Assembly (NCBI GenBank): GCA_017545535.1
Contig: JAFWMS010000021.1
Coordinates: 129,399 to 193,398, forward strand
Direction: 5' to 3'
Source of the DNA: Clostridia bacterium
Lineage (GTDB): Bacteria; Bacillota; Clostridia; Christensenellales; CAG-138
Length of the DNA stretch: 64,000 nt
Shown here: positions 37,299 to 46,787 of the stretch, piece by piece
Position numbering within the stretch: position 1 is the first letter of the stretch
How the letters are laid out: each line of letters starts with the position of its first letter
The notes under the pieces: generated by a model
Told to the model about the DNA's origin: nothing
What the model saw: only the letters and a program-made list of their open reading frames with translations
Database searches by the model: none
Translations under genes and position numbers: made by a program

Positions 37299-38483
37299 TT
37301 ATTCCTTTGCCATGCGGTATATGTTGGCCATGTCCTCCTCATACAGGACCATGGCGCTGCCCACCTTCCCGCCTGTCGCCAAAGCGCAGTTTTTGGCAAG
37401 CAGCCGGATCTCCTCCTCGGAAACGGTCTTGCCCAGCAGCTCCTTCAAGGTCACCGGCATGCCGATGGACCTGAAATAGTCCTCCATGGCGGCGATGCCC
37501 TCCAGGGCGGTATCCTCGTCGGAAAGGCCCGCCTCCACGCACATCACGTTCCGCGCGAAACGAACGAACCGGGGCAAGCAGTTTTTGTAGACGTACTTTG
37601 CCCAGCTTGGCCAAACGGCGGTGAGCCCGGCCCCGTGGGTCACCCCATAGAGGGCCCCCAGCTCATGCTCCAGCCGATGGGAAGCAAAGTCGTTTCCATC
37701 GTTGCCGCAGCCGGTGAGGCCGTTGTGGGATAGGCTCCCCGCCCACATGACCTCCGCCCGGGCCTCATAGTTCGTGGGGTCCTCGTGGAGAACGGCGGCG
37801 TACTTCATGACCGTGCGCAAAAGCCCCTCCGCCAAAGCGTCCGTGATCTCCAGCTTGCTGCCGGTGGTGAAGTACCGCTCCATGGTGTGCATCAAAATAT
37901 CGGAGCAGCCGGCGCAGGTTTGATAGTCGGGCAGCGTCAAGGTGAGCTCCGGGTCCATGATGGCGAACTTGGGCCGGCACAGGTCGCTGTTGTAGCCTCG
38001 CTTCTTGTCCTCATAAGAGATGACGCTGCTGTCGCTCATCTCGCTGCCGGAGGCGGCGATGGTCAATATGGTCCCAACGGGGAAGCAGGCTTTCGCCTGG
38101 CGGGTATGTTCGTAAAGCTCCTTCACGTCGAACTCCGGCTCGGCCAAAGCATAAGCGATGGCCTTAGCCGAATCGATGACGGAACCGCCGCCCACCGCCA
38201 GGATAAAGTCCACGCCGTTCGCTTTTGCAAGTTCGATCCCTTCGTAGACTTTGTCAAGCTGCGGATTGGGCACCACGCCGCCCAGCTCCACATGGAAGAT
38301 GCCCGCCTCATCCAAGGAGGTTTTCACCCGGTCGATGAGACCGGAGCGCAGGGCGCTATGCCCACCGTAATGGATGAGCACCCGGCTGCCGCCGAATGCG
38401 CGCACCAGCTCTCCGGCCTTCTGTTCCGTCTTTCTTCCGAAAACAACCTTCGTAGGGGTATAGAGCGTAAAATTTCCGTTCAT
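37299..38483 (-). CDS. iron-containing (group III) alcohol dehydrogenase, butanol dehydrogenase/YqhD-like
   Basis: 394 aa. AVGGGSVIDSAKAIA and HRLEHELGALYGVTHG metal site. Confidence 0.88.
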   Translation of the reverse strand: MNGNFTLYTPTKVVFGRKTEQKAGELVRAFGGSRVLIHYGGHSALRSGLIDRVKTSLDEAGIFHVELGGVVPNPQLDKVYEGIELAKANGVDFILAVGGGSVIDSAKAIAYALAEPEFDVKELYEHTRQAKACFPVGTILTIAASGSEMSDSSVISYEDKKRGYNSDLCRPKFAIMDPELTLTLPDYQTCAGCSDILMHTMERYFTTGSKLEITDALAEGLLRTVMKYAAVLHEDPTNYEARAEVMWAGSLSHNGLTGCGNDGNDFASHRLEHELGALYGVTHGAGLTAVWPSWAKYVYKNCLPRFVRFARNVMCVEAGLSDEDTALEGIAAMEDYFRSIGMPVTLKELLGKTVSEEEIRLLAKNCALATGGKVGSAMVLYEEDMANIYRMAKE

Positions 38484-38760
38484 AATCTGCCTCCTTGTTC
38501 ATGATAAAAACAGTATACCGTATTTGCCCTTATTTTCAAAGGGGTAAACCAAGGATTTCTCCCCTATCCCTTTTCCGCTTGCTATTTTTTTCCATAATAA
38601 AAAAACATGACTGTACAAATCCCTTTTCATCTGATAAAATATAAACGAAATATGATGCGAGTATTATTTCAAACCCTCGAATCCATATTTGTTTTATGTA
38701 CGGATTGTTAGGCCGCATGCGGTCTCGCAATAAACCAAATTAATAGGAGGAAGAAACTAA

Positions 38761-39951
38761 ATGAAACGCTTTCTGGCTATCGTGATGTGCCTGCTCATGG
38801 TGTTCGCCATCGTTGGCCACGGCAAGGTCGCCAAGGCAGAAACCAACATCAAGGTTGGCTTCATCTGTCTGCACGACGAAAACTCCACCTACGACCTGAA
38901 CTTCATCAATGCTGCGAAGGCCGCATGCGAGACCCTGGGCATCACGGATTATGTCATCAAGACCAACATCCCCGAGGGCAAGGAATGCTACGAGACCGCT
39001 GCCGATATGGCGGACTCCGGCTGCAAGATCGTCTTCGCCGACAGCTTCGGTCATGAGGACTTCATGATCCAGGCTGCCAAGGAGTTCCCCGATGTCCAGT
39101 TCTGCCACGCCACCGGCACCAAGGCCCACACCGAGAATCTCCCCAACTATCATAATGCATTTGCCGCCATTTATGAAGGCCGTTACCTTGCCGGTATCGC
39201 CGCCGGCATGAAGCTTAACGAGATGATCGCCGCCGGCAAGATCACCGCTGAGCAGACCAAGATCGGTTATGTTGGCGCGTTCACCTATGCCGAGGTGGTT
39301 TCCGGTTACACTTCCTTCTTCCTGGGCGCCCGCTCTGTCTGCCCCACCGCCACGATGGAAGTGACCTTCACCGGTTCCTGGTACGATGAGACCGCCGAGA
39401 AGGAAGGCGCTGTCAAGCTGATCAACAACGGCTGCGTGCTTATCAGCCAGCATGCTGACTCCATGGGTGCCCCCTCCGCCTGCGAGAGCGCCGGCGTTCC
39501 CAACGTTTCCTACAACGGCAGCACCATCAGCGTTGGCCCCAACACCTACATCATCTCCTCCCGCATCAACTGGGAGCCCTACTATGAGTTCGCCATCCAG
39601 GCTGCTGCCAACGGTGAGCCCATCCCCGCTGACTGGACCGGCACCATTGCTACCGATTCCGTGCAGCTTCTCGAGCTGAACACGGCTGTTGCCGCTGACG
39701 GTACCCAGGCCGCCATCGATGCTGCCAAGGAAGCCATGGTGGCGGGTACGCTCCATGTCTTCGATACCAACACTTTCACCAAGGACGGCCAGAAGCTGGA
39801 GAGCTATTTGGCGGATGTGGATACCGACCCCGCCTTCGCGCCGGACACCGAAGCCATCGCGGACGGTTACTTCCATGAGTCCGAGTATCGCAGCGCTCCT
39901 TACTTCGATATCCAGATCGACGGCATCACGCTGCTGAACATGAGCTTCTAA
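38761..39951 (+). CDS. BMP-family ABC transporter substrate-binding protein (nucleoside-binding type)
   Basis: 396 aa. Signal peptide, IKVGFICLHDENSTYDLNF, GYVGAFTYAEVVSG. TAGGAGG RBS. Confidence 0.85.
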   Translation: MKRFLAIVMCLLMVFAIVGHGKVAKAETNIKVGFICLHDENSTYDLNFINAAKAACETLGITDYVIKTNIPEGKECYETAADMADSGCKIVFADSFGHEDFMIQAAKEFPDVQFCHATGTKAHTENLPNYHNAFAAIYEGRYLAGIAAGMKLNEMIAAGKITAEQTKIGYVGAFTYAEVVSGYTSFFLGARSVCPTATMEVTFTGSWYDETAEKEGAVKLINNGCVLISQHADSMGAPSACESAGVPNVSYNGSTISVGPNTYIISSRINWEPYYEFAIQAAANGEPIPADWTGTIATDSVQLLELNTAVAADGTQAAIDAAKEAMVAGTLHVFDTNTFTKDGQKLESYLADVDTDPAFAPDTEAIADGYFHESEYRSAPYFDIQIDGITLLNMSF

Positions 39952-39980
39952 ATGTTCAATCCGGTCGATGCGACCACAGG

Positions 39981-40011
39981 ATCGGGCTGTTGAAGAACAG
40001 CCCGATTTTTG
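39981..40011 (+). terminator. rho-independent terminator after the binding-protein gene
   Basis: ATCGGGCTGT / ACAGCCCGAT followed by TTTTT. Confidence 0.8.
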
Positions 40012-40053
40012 TACATATATGACCAAATGCTCCTGACAAATCGCAGAATGCAA

Positions 40054-40083
40054 TTTACAAACCAAACATCGGTATGGTATAAT
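40054..40083 (+). promoter_or_regulatory. internal sigma-A type promoter for the ATPase/permease genes
   Basis: TTTACA-18 nt-TATAAT. Confidence 0.5.
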
Positions 40084-40132
40084 TTCATATCAATGGGCGA
40101 GAATCGTTTCTTCTCCCCCAAAGAAAGGATGG

Positions 40133-41710
40133 GTGACCTTGGAAGCAGTCAAGAATGCCGTCAGGATGGCGGGCATCACGAAGCATTTCGGCAGCGTGGT
40201 AGCCAACCGCAACATCAATCTGGAGTTGCATGAAGGCGAGATCCTTTCCCTGTTGGGTGAAAACGGCAGCGGAAAGACCACCCTTATGAATATGCTGTCC
40301 GGTATCTATTATCCGGACAAAGGGCAGATCTTTATCCACGACAAGCCTGTGACGATCAAATCGCCGAAGGACGCCTTTGACAACGGGATCGGCATGATCC
40401 ATCAGCACTTCAAACTGGTGGACGTGTTTACGGCAACGGAGAACATCATTCTCGGATTGGACGAGAAGGGCTCCCTGAACCTGAAGCGCGCATCGAAAAA
40501 GATCAAGGAGATCAGCGAACGGTATGGCTTCGAGATCGATCCGAATCAAAAGGTCTACAATATGTCCGTATCTCAGAAGCAGACCGTTGAGATCATCAAG
40601 GTCCTGTATCGCGGCGCGGACATCCTGATCCTGGATGAGCCCACGGCGGTATTGACGCCCCAGGAGACGGACAAGCTCTTTGCCGTCATGCGAAACATGC
40701 AGAAGGACGGCAAGTCCCTCATCATCATCACCCACAAGCTGCACGAGGTTTTGGAGGTCTCCGATCGGGTGGCCATCCTGCGCAAGGGTGAATACATCGG
40801 CGATGTGGCCACAAAGGATGCAAGTCAGCAGAGCCTCACCGATATGATGGTGGGTCGTGCCGTCAGTCTGAACATCGACTGCCCAAAAGCGGAGGTCATA
40901 CAGGAGAGACTTCGCGTCGAGCATCTGACGGTCAAGGATGTGGAAGGCGTGAAGCGGCTCGACGATGTCACCTTCACTGCCAATAGCGGCGAGATTCTCG
41001 GCATCGCAGGCATTGCAGGCAGCGGACAGCGAGAGCTTCTGGAATCCATTGCCGGTTTACAAAAGCTCGAGCCGGAAAGCAAGATCGTATATATCGATCC
41101 CAAGACCGGCGAGGAGCGGATCCTGAACGGCCTGGATCCCTTGAAAATCATCCGCTCCGGCGTGCTCCTGTCCTTCGTACCTGAGGATCGCTTCGGCATG
41201 GGCCTGGTCGGCTCCATGAGCATCGCTGAAAACGTGATGCTGCGGAGCTATCGCATGGGACGCGGCAATCCGTTGCTGAACCGGAAACACCCCAGGGATT
41301 TGGCCAATAAGATCGTCGACGATCTGGAGGTCGTCACCCCCAACGTGGACCGCATACCTTTGCGCCGTCTCTCCGGCGGCAACGTGCAGAAGGTGCTGGT
41401 AGGCCGTGAGATCGAACAGAGCCCGACGGTATTGATGACCGCATACGCTGTGCGCGGTCTCGACATCAATACCTCCTACACCATCTATAATCTGTTGACG
41501 AAGCAGAAGATGCAGGGAGTCGCCGTGATCTATGTCGGTGAGGATCTGGACGTTCTGCTTGAGCTGTGCGACCGTATCCTTGTTTTGTGCGGCGGTCAGG
41601 TTTCCGGCATCGTCGATGCGCGTTCGGTCACCAAGGAGCAGATCGGTCTCATGATGACGCAGTTCCGAAAGGACAGCATTGCAAAGGAGGCTGCGAAGCA
41701 TGAAAAATAA
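40133..41710 (+). CDS. ABC transporter ATP-binding protein (duplicated ATPase, sugar/nucleoside type)
   Basis: 525 aa. GENGSGKTT, VSQKQTVEI, ILILDEPT, second degenerate domain. GTG at 40133 or ATG at 40166 as start. Confidence 0.88.
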   Translation: MTLEAVKNAVRMAGITKHFGSVVANRNINLELHEGEILSLLGENGSGKTTLMNMLSGIYYPDKGQIFIHDKPVTIKSPKDAFDNGIGMIHQHFKLVDVFTATENIILGLDEKGSLNLKRASKKIKEISERYGFEIDPNQKVYNMSVSQKQTVEIIKVLYRGADILILDEPTAVLTPQETDKLFAVMRNMQKDGKSLIIITHKLHEVLEVSDRVAILRKGEYIGDVATKDASQQSLTDMMVGRAVSLNIDCPKAEVIQERLRVEHLTVKDVEGVKRLDDVTFTANSGEILGIAGIAGSGQRELLESIAGLQKLEPESKIVYIDPKTGEERILNGLDPLKIIRSGVLLSFVPEDRFGMGLVGSMSIAENVMLRSYRMGRGNPLLNRKHPRDLANKIVDDLEVVTPNVDRIPLRRLSGGNVQKVLVGREIEQSPTVLMTAYAVRGLDINTSYTIYNLLTKQKMQGVAVIYVGEDLDVLLELCDRILVLCGGQVSGIVDARSVTKEQIGLMMTQFRKDSIAKEAAKHEK

Positions 41711-42881
41711 AACGTCGTTTTTCTTCCCCTTCGAGGTCCATATTGCCAAGCGGGACGGCATTCCCGCCTGGAAGCGCTGGATGATCCGCAGCATGGCGAT
41801 CCTGATCGCGCTCCTGTTGTGTGCGCTCATCACCATCCTCATCACAAAGCTGAACCCGTTGACCGTACTGAAGAGCATGTTCAACGGCACCTTCGGTTCC
41901 TCGCGCAAGATATGGAAAACATGCTTCTATGTGATGATCCTGCTGGGCATCTCCCTTGCTGTAACACCTGCGTTCAAGATGCGATTTTGGAACATCGGCG
42001 CAGAAGGTCAGGTCCTGATCGGCGCCTTTGCGGCGGCAGCCTGCATGTTCTACGCCGGCCGGATGTCCTTCTTCAACGACCCGGGCATCTCCATGGCGGT
42101 GAAAAACCTGATCCTGTTCCCCTGCATGCTGATCGCGTCTCTCGCGGCTGGCGCCCTATGGGGCTTCCTGCCGGCTTTCTTTAAGTCACGCTGGAACACC
42201 AACGAGACACTGTTCACCTTGATGATGAACTACGTGGCGCTGCAGATCGTCCGTTTCATGATCTCCTACCGGGACTTCCCGAAGCTGTACCAGTGGTCCT
42301 CTAACGGAACGTCCGTCGGAACCATCAACAAAGGCTTCCCCTCGGAAGGCATCGGGACCTTCCCGAAGCTCATGAACAAAGCCGGCTCCCAGTACCTGTT
42401 CCCCATCGTCTGCATAGCCCTTTTGACGCTCTTCCTGTATGTGTATCTCAAATACAGCAAGCACGGCTATGAGATCTCGGTGGTGGGCGAGAGCCAGCGC
42501 ACCGCCAGCTATGCGGGCATCAAGGTGGACAGCGTCATCATTCGAACCATGGTGCTGTCCGGCTTGCTCTGCGGTTTGGTCGGCTTTCTGATCGTCGGTG
42601 CGGAGGGCACAGTCTCACACGACGTAGTGGACGGCCGTGGCTACACCGCTGTCATGGTCTCCTGGATGTCCCAGTTCAATCCGTTCGGCATGGTCTTCTC
42701 ATCTCTGCTGCTGGTGTTCATGCAGTTCGGCGCAAAAGAGGTAGCCATGCCCGACGGTGTCAGTCTCGATAAGAACTTTGCGAATATGCTGATGAGCATC
42801 ATCCTGTTCTTTATCATCGGCTGTGAATTCTTTATCACCTATGAGCTGCAGATCAGCCGTCACACGAAGAGGGAGGAATAA
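41700..42881 (+). CDS. ABC transporter permease
   Basis: ORF 41679..42881, trimmed to the ATG at 41700, which overlaps the ATPase stop. Polytopic membrane protein. Confidence 0.85.
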   Translation: MKNKTSFFFPFEVHIAKRDGIPAWKRWMIRSMAILIALLLCALITILITKLNPLTVLKSMFNGTFGSSRKIWKTCFYVMILLGISLAVTPAFKMRFWNIGAEGQVLIGAFAAAACMFYAGRMSFFNDPGISMAVKNLILFPCMLIASLAAGALWGFLPAFFKSRWNTNETLFTLMMNYVALQIVRFMISYRDFPKLYQWSSNGTSVGTINKGFPSEGIGTFPKLMNKAGSQYLFPIVCIALLTLFLYVYLKYSKHGYEISVVGESQRTASYAGIKVDSVIIRTMVLSGLLCGLVGFLIVGAEGTVSHDVVDGRGYTAVMVSWMSQFNPFGMVFSSLLLVFMQFGAKEVAMPDGVSLDKNFANMLMSIILFFIIGCEFFITYELQISRHTKREE

Positions 42882-42885
42882 CGAT

Positions 42886-43836
42886 ATGTGGAGTTTTCTT
42901 GCATCCTTCATTCCGAGAGCGATCATGCAGGGCATGCCGCTTCTGTACGGCAGCACCGGCGAGATCCTGACTGAAAAATCCGGCAATCTGAATCTTGGCA
43001 TCCCCGGCATCATGTTTATCGGCGCCATCACCGGTGTGTCCGGTGCTTTCATCTATGAGCATTCCTCTGCACAGATGAACGGTTTTCTGGCCGTGATGAT
43101 CCCCCTTCTCTGCTGCCTTGTGGGCTCGTTCCTCATGGGGCTTCTCTACTGCTTCCTGACGGTCACGCTCCGGGCCAATCAGAACGTCACCGGTCTGTCG
43201 CTGACAATCTTTGGCACCGGCGTCGCCCAGTTCCTGGGCGGTTCTCTGATCAAGATCACTCATACCCAGTCCGCCCAGGTAGCCAGCATCACCATTGTGG
43301 AGACAGTCAAGTATTACAGCGACGGCAACAAACCCGGATGGCTCGCTTACTCCGCCATCGGCATCGCGATCGCCGTTTCGCTGTTCCTGGGGTACACCCG
43401 CACCGGCATGCAACTGCGTGCGGTGGGTGAGAATCCCGCCACGGCGGATGCTGCAGGCATCAATGTCACTCGGTATAAATACCTCGCGACCATTATCGGC
43501 AGCATGATCGCTGGTCTTGGCGGCCTCTGCTTCGTCATGGAATGCGCCCACGGCACATGGTCCGAGCCACGGATCGATCAGATCGGCTGGTTGGCCATCG
43601 CCTTGGTCATCTTCACCATCTGGCGGCCCAGCGTCAGCATTTTCGCCTCCATCATGTTCGGCGGGCTGCTGATTTTGAGCGAACACCTGAATCCGCCCAT
43701 CGGCATCAAGGAGCTGTATACCCTCATCCCCTACGTTGTGACATTGCTGGTGCTGATCATCGTGTCTCTGCGAAAGAAGCGGGAAGATCAGCCCCCCATG
43801 TCCCTGGGACTCCCCTATTTCCGCGAGGAAAGATAA
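42886..43836 (+). CDS. ABC transporter permease
   Basis: ORF 42823..43836, trimmed to the ATG at 42886 (GGGAGG RBS). MWSFLASFIPRAIMQGMPLLYGSTGEILTEKSGNLNLGIPG. Confidence 0.85.
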   Translation: MWSFLASFIPRAIMQGMPLLYGSTGEILTEKSGNLNLGIPGIMFIGAITGVSGAFIYEHSSAQMNGFLAVMIPLLCCLVGSFLMGLLYCFLTVTLRANQNVTGLSLTIFGTGVAQFLGGSLIKITHTQSAQVASITIVETVKYYSDGNKPGWLAYSAIGIAIAVSLFLGYTRTGMQLRAVGENPATADAAGINVTRYKYLATIIGSMIAGLGGLCFVMECAHGTWSEPRIDQIGWLAIALVIFTIWRPSVSIFASIMFGGLLILSEHLNPPIGIKELYTLIPYVVTLLVLIIVSLRKKREDQPPMSLGLPYFREER

Positions 43837-43849
43837 CCGGCAAAAAGCG

Positions 43850-43879
43850 AAGCAGCAGGCGGTTTACCTGCTGCTTTTT
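43850..43879. terminator. bidirectional terminator
   Basis: AAGCAGCAGG / CCTGCTGCTT followed by TTT, with an A-run upstream. Confidence 0.8.
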
Positions 43880-43891
43880 CATGTCCTTAGA

Positions 43892-44263
43892 TCATTCAAC
43901 CGCTTCGGAAGAAGAAACACCCATCCCGAACTGTGTGGGTGAGCAGCCATACCGTTTTTTGAACACGCGGGAAAAATACAAAGCATCGCTGAACCCGCAA
44001 TCTTCGGCGACCTTGGCGATGGGCCGATTCCTCTTTTTATCCGAAAGCAGCTCCCTCGCCTTGTGCATGCGCAGATCGGTCAAGTATTCGAGGGGCGACC
44101 TTCCCAGCTCGGTTTTGAACAGCTTTCTCAAATAATCATAGTGGAGCGGGAAGGAACGAATGCTCTTTTCCAAGTCAAAATAGGGGTCGGCATAATTTTC
44201 CAGGATCACGTCGCGAAGCTCTTCCACGGTCTTGGATAGGCCATCTTTGCTCCTGTCCTTCAT
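43892..44263 (-). CDS. small AraC/XylS-family DNA-binding protein (HTH domains only, MarA/SoxS size)
   Basis: 123 aa. IAKVAEDCGFSDALYFSRVFKKRYGCSPTQF. Confidence 0.8.
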   Translation of the reverse strand: MKDRSKDGLSKTVEELRDVILENYADPYFDLEKSIRSFPLHYDYLRKLFKTELGRSPLEYLTDLRMHKARELLSDKKRNRPIAKVAEDCGFSDALYFSRVFKKRYGCSPTQFGMGVSSSEAVE

Positions 44264-44265
44264 GC

Positions 44266-45129
44266 TTACTCTCCTTTTTCAGTTCCATCCTCGATGTGTA
44301 ACCCCTGCTCCCATAAGAATCGAATGGCCTGTTCCGGCCAATCCAACACGCCGTCGCTCACTACCGGCAGGTTATCCCTCCGATACACCAAATCGTCCGC
44401 CGTTGCTAAACCGTGCCGACCGTACGCATACACATGGAGAGAAAAAGGAATATCCTTATCCGCTAAAGCACTGGCCAACTTCAACGTGCCGTCCACAGGC
44501 ACGGAATCATCCGTCCGGGTGTGCCAAAGAAAAACGGGCATCATGTCCCGTCTGACCAATCTATCCAGGGACAAGCGCTCCATCAACGCCGGATCGTCCC
44601 CGCAAAGGCTCAAAAAGCTCTCATAATGGGTCCTTCCATGAGAGCTGGAAACCGGATAACACAGGATAAGAGCGTCCGGTCGGATCACCGACACTGGAGC
44701 GATATCCAAGACCTCCTCAGCATCAAACAAAGTGCCCAACGTACCACATAGGTGGCCGCCGGCGGAAAAGCCCAAGGCCGTGACCTTTTCGGGATCGACA
44801 TGCAGGTCCTCCGCGTTCTCCCGAATGAACCGCATGGCCATGGCCGCTTCCCGTAAGGCTGTGGGGAATCTGGCCGGCGCGCAGGAATAAGACAGTATAA
44901 AACAGGAAAAGCCGCGGCTGAGGAACCGCATGGCCACAGGCTCCGATTCTCGGGGAGACACCCATTGATAGGCTCCTCCCGGCAAAATGAGGATCGCAGG
45001 AAACCTCCTGTTTGGATCGACTTTGCCGATGGGCTCCAAAGCATATACCGATACTATGCCGCCATCGCCAGCCTTTGCTTGCGAAAAGTGCTGATATAAG
45101 TCGATGGTATCCGTATGGATCATGTCCAT
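44266..45129 (-). CDS. alpha/beta hydrolase (esterase, Aes/acetyl-xylan-esterase-like)
   Basis: 287 aa. ILPGGAY oxyanion region and the GFSAGGH nucleophile elbow. Confidence 0.8.
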   Translation of the reverse strand: MDMIHTDTIDLYQHFSQAKAGDGGIVSVYALEPIGKVDPNRRFPAILILPGGAYQWVSPRESEPVAMRFLSRGFSCFILSYSCAPARFPTALREAAMAMRFIRENAEDLHVDPEKVTALGFSAGGHLCGTLGTLFDAEEVLDIAPVSVIRPDALILCYPVSSSHGRTHYESFLSLCGDDPALMERLSLDRLVRRDMMPVFLWHTRTDDSVPVDGTLKLASALADKDIPFSLHVYAYGRHGLATADDLVYRRDNLPVVSDGVLDWPEQAIRFLWEQGLHIEDGTEKGE

Positions 45130-45186
45130 ACCTCCACAAATCGCTTTGGCTTTTCAAAAGAAGTGCTTATCGAACTATCTAAATAA

Positions 45187-45215
45187 AGTATACCTGCTAA
45201 AACAGCAGGTGTCAA
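45187..45215 (-). promoter_or_regulatory. consensus-like sigma-A promoter with a palindromic spacer
   Basis: The minus strand reads TTGACA-CCTGCTGTTTTAGCAGG-TATACT. The 17-nt spacer is itself the inverted repeat CCTGCT-N5-AGCAGG. Confidence 0.65.
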
Positions 45216-45257
45216 TTTGATTTGTTGTTTTTTTGGACAGACAATGATTTTTTCGTA

Positions 45258-45848
45258 TCATTCCATCCATGCGATGGCATCCAGGGGCCATATCCTGGCC
45301 ACCACCTGTCCCACTATCTGCTCGACCTCAACGCAGCCGATCAGCTTGCTGCGGCTGTCGATGCTGGTCTCCCGATGATCTCCCATTACGAACAGGCGTC
45401 CGGCAGGTACCTGGAACGGGAAGGAAAGATCGCAAGCCCCGACGCATTTTTGAGACACATACGGCTCCTGGAGCGCCTCTCCGTTCACATATACGTTCCC
45501 TTCCCCATCCATGTCCACCACGTCTCCCGGCAGGGCGATGATGCGCTTCAGGATGAGGCGACCCTTCGCATACATACCGCACATAGCCCCCGGATGGATG
45601 ACGTCGGGATGCCGCAGGATCAAAACGTCTCCATCCCGCAGCGTGGGCTCCATGCTCCGTCCCGAGACCTCCAGCACCGGCATGAAAAGGATCAAAATCA
45701 TCACTCCGGAGATGATGATAAGCAAAAAACCGGCTATAAAGGAAGCGGCGGACCGTCTTCTGCGGCTGCGCTGCTGAAGCTTCTTTCTTTCCTGCGCCAC
45801 CTGCACCAGCGTCGGGAGCGCTTGTCCGCGAGAAGTTTGAAAACTCAT
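45258..45848 (-). CDS. lepB: signal peptidase I
   Basis: 196 aa. SGRSMEPTL (catalytic Ser), GDHRETSIDSR. Confidence 0.9.
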   Translation of the reverse strand: MSFQTSRGQALPTLVQVAQERKKLQQRSRRRRSAASFIAGFLLIIISGVMILILFMPVLEVSGRSMEPTLRDGDVLILRHPDVIHPGAMCGMYAKGRLILKRIIALPGDVVDMDGEGNVYVNGEALQEPYVSQKCVGACDLSFPFQVPAGRLFVMGDHRETSIDSRSKLIGCVEVEQIVGQVVARIWPLDAIAWME

Positions 45849-46132
45849 GCCCCTTCCTCCAGAGAATCCAAGTCCGTAGTCTGGGCCAGGGGTTGTGCAT
45901 GGATGCCCTTTAGATACAGCTGCGCCGTCTCGTCTGCCGCCTCGAAAAGGCCGGAGATCACCGCGGCGACCTCTGCCAAAGAGCCGGCATTCTCCATTTG
46001 CAGCGATCGAGCATTCAGCTTCCTCTTTGCTTTGTTCAGCCTTCGCTCCAGCTTTTCCGTCCTTCTTTCCAACTCATAGATGACCTCGATCAGCTCCCGC
46101 CTGGAATAGTGACGACAGTCTCTGCTTCTCAT
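45845..46132 (-). CDS. hypothetical coiled-coil protein (95 aa)
   Basis: MRSRDCRHYSRRELIEVIYELERRTEKLERRLNKAKRKL... GAGGTG RBS. Its stop overlaps the lepB start (ATGA). Confidence 0.6.
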   Translation of the reverse strand: MRSRDCRHYSRRELIEVIYELERRTEKLERRLNKAKRKLNARSLQMENAGSLAEVAAVISGLFEAADETAQLYLKGIHAQPLAQTTDLDSLEEGA

Positions 46133-46377
46133 GAAACACCTCGCATTTCTTCATCGTTGCCCCCACTATAGCAACCCGCTCTCCATTCATAAACGGTGAA
46201 CTTTTCCGGAGCCTTGTCGCGATTTGACCCTTTTCTTTGGAAGATGTCCGCCACTTTCTCCCTCGACAGGATACTAAGGAAGCGCCCACTTTTTTAATTT
46301 CCTGTGAGTTTTTGGCCGGAGACTTGAAAAAAGAGAAAACTATGATAGTATATCTTTATAGAAAGAGGGGTGATGTC

Positions 46378-46743
46378 ATGCGCTTGCAAGAATCCGGAGA
46401 AATGTATTTGGAGACCATCCTGATCCTTTCCAGAAAGCTTGAGCATGTACGGTCGCTGGATGTGGCGGGACACATGGGCTTCAGCAAGCCCAGTGTTTCT
46501 CGTGCCGTCAACCTTCTCAAGAACGCCGGATATCTCAATATGGACCCCACCGGGTATCTGACCCTGACCGATTCCGGTCGCGCCATCGCCGAAAAGATAT
46601 ATGAGCGGCACAACATCCTGGCCCGTTTCTTTATCAGCATCGGTGTGGATCAAGAAACCGCTTTTGAGGACGCCTGCAAGATCGAGCACTACATCAGCGA
46701 CGTCACCTTTGACAAGATCAAACAGCTGGTCGACAACCGATGA
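46378..46743 (+). CDS. DtxR/MntR-family metal-dependent transcriptional regulator
   Basis: ORF 46237..46743, trimmed to the ATG at 46378. SGEMYLETILIL...FSKPSVSRAVNLLKNAGYL...ERHNILARFF. Confidence 0.85.
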   Translation: MRLQESGEMYLETILILSRKLEHVRSLDVAGHMGFSKPSVSRAVNLLKNAGYLNMDPTGYLTLTDSGRAIAEKIYERHNILARFFISIGVDQETAFEDACKIEHYISDVTFDKIKQLVDNR

Positions 46744-46787
46744 CAAAAGGCAGCCCTGCGGCTGCTTTTTCACCCTAAGGAGACGAT

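Noticed and set aside
38536-38730. 64-aa minus-strand ORF in the AT-rich intergenic region
   Set aside because: It has no RBS, lies in a promoter/leader region, and has a composition typical of AT-rich noise.
38640-38760. Purine, 2'-dG or preQ1 riboswitch in the BMP operon leader
   Set aside because: The conserved junction and loop sequences of these classes are not present. It is kept only as an unexplained leader.
43892-44263. AraC-family gene as a truncated pseudogene (no ligand-binding domain)
   Set aside because: The frame is intact, it is coupled to the upstream esterase gene, and it is MarA/SoxS-sized with both HTH motifs. It is more likely a genuine small regulator.
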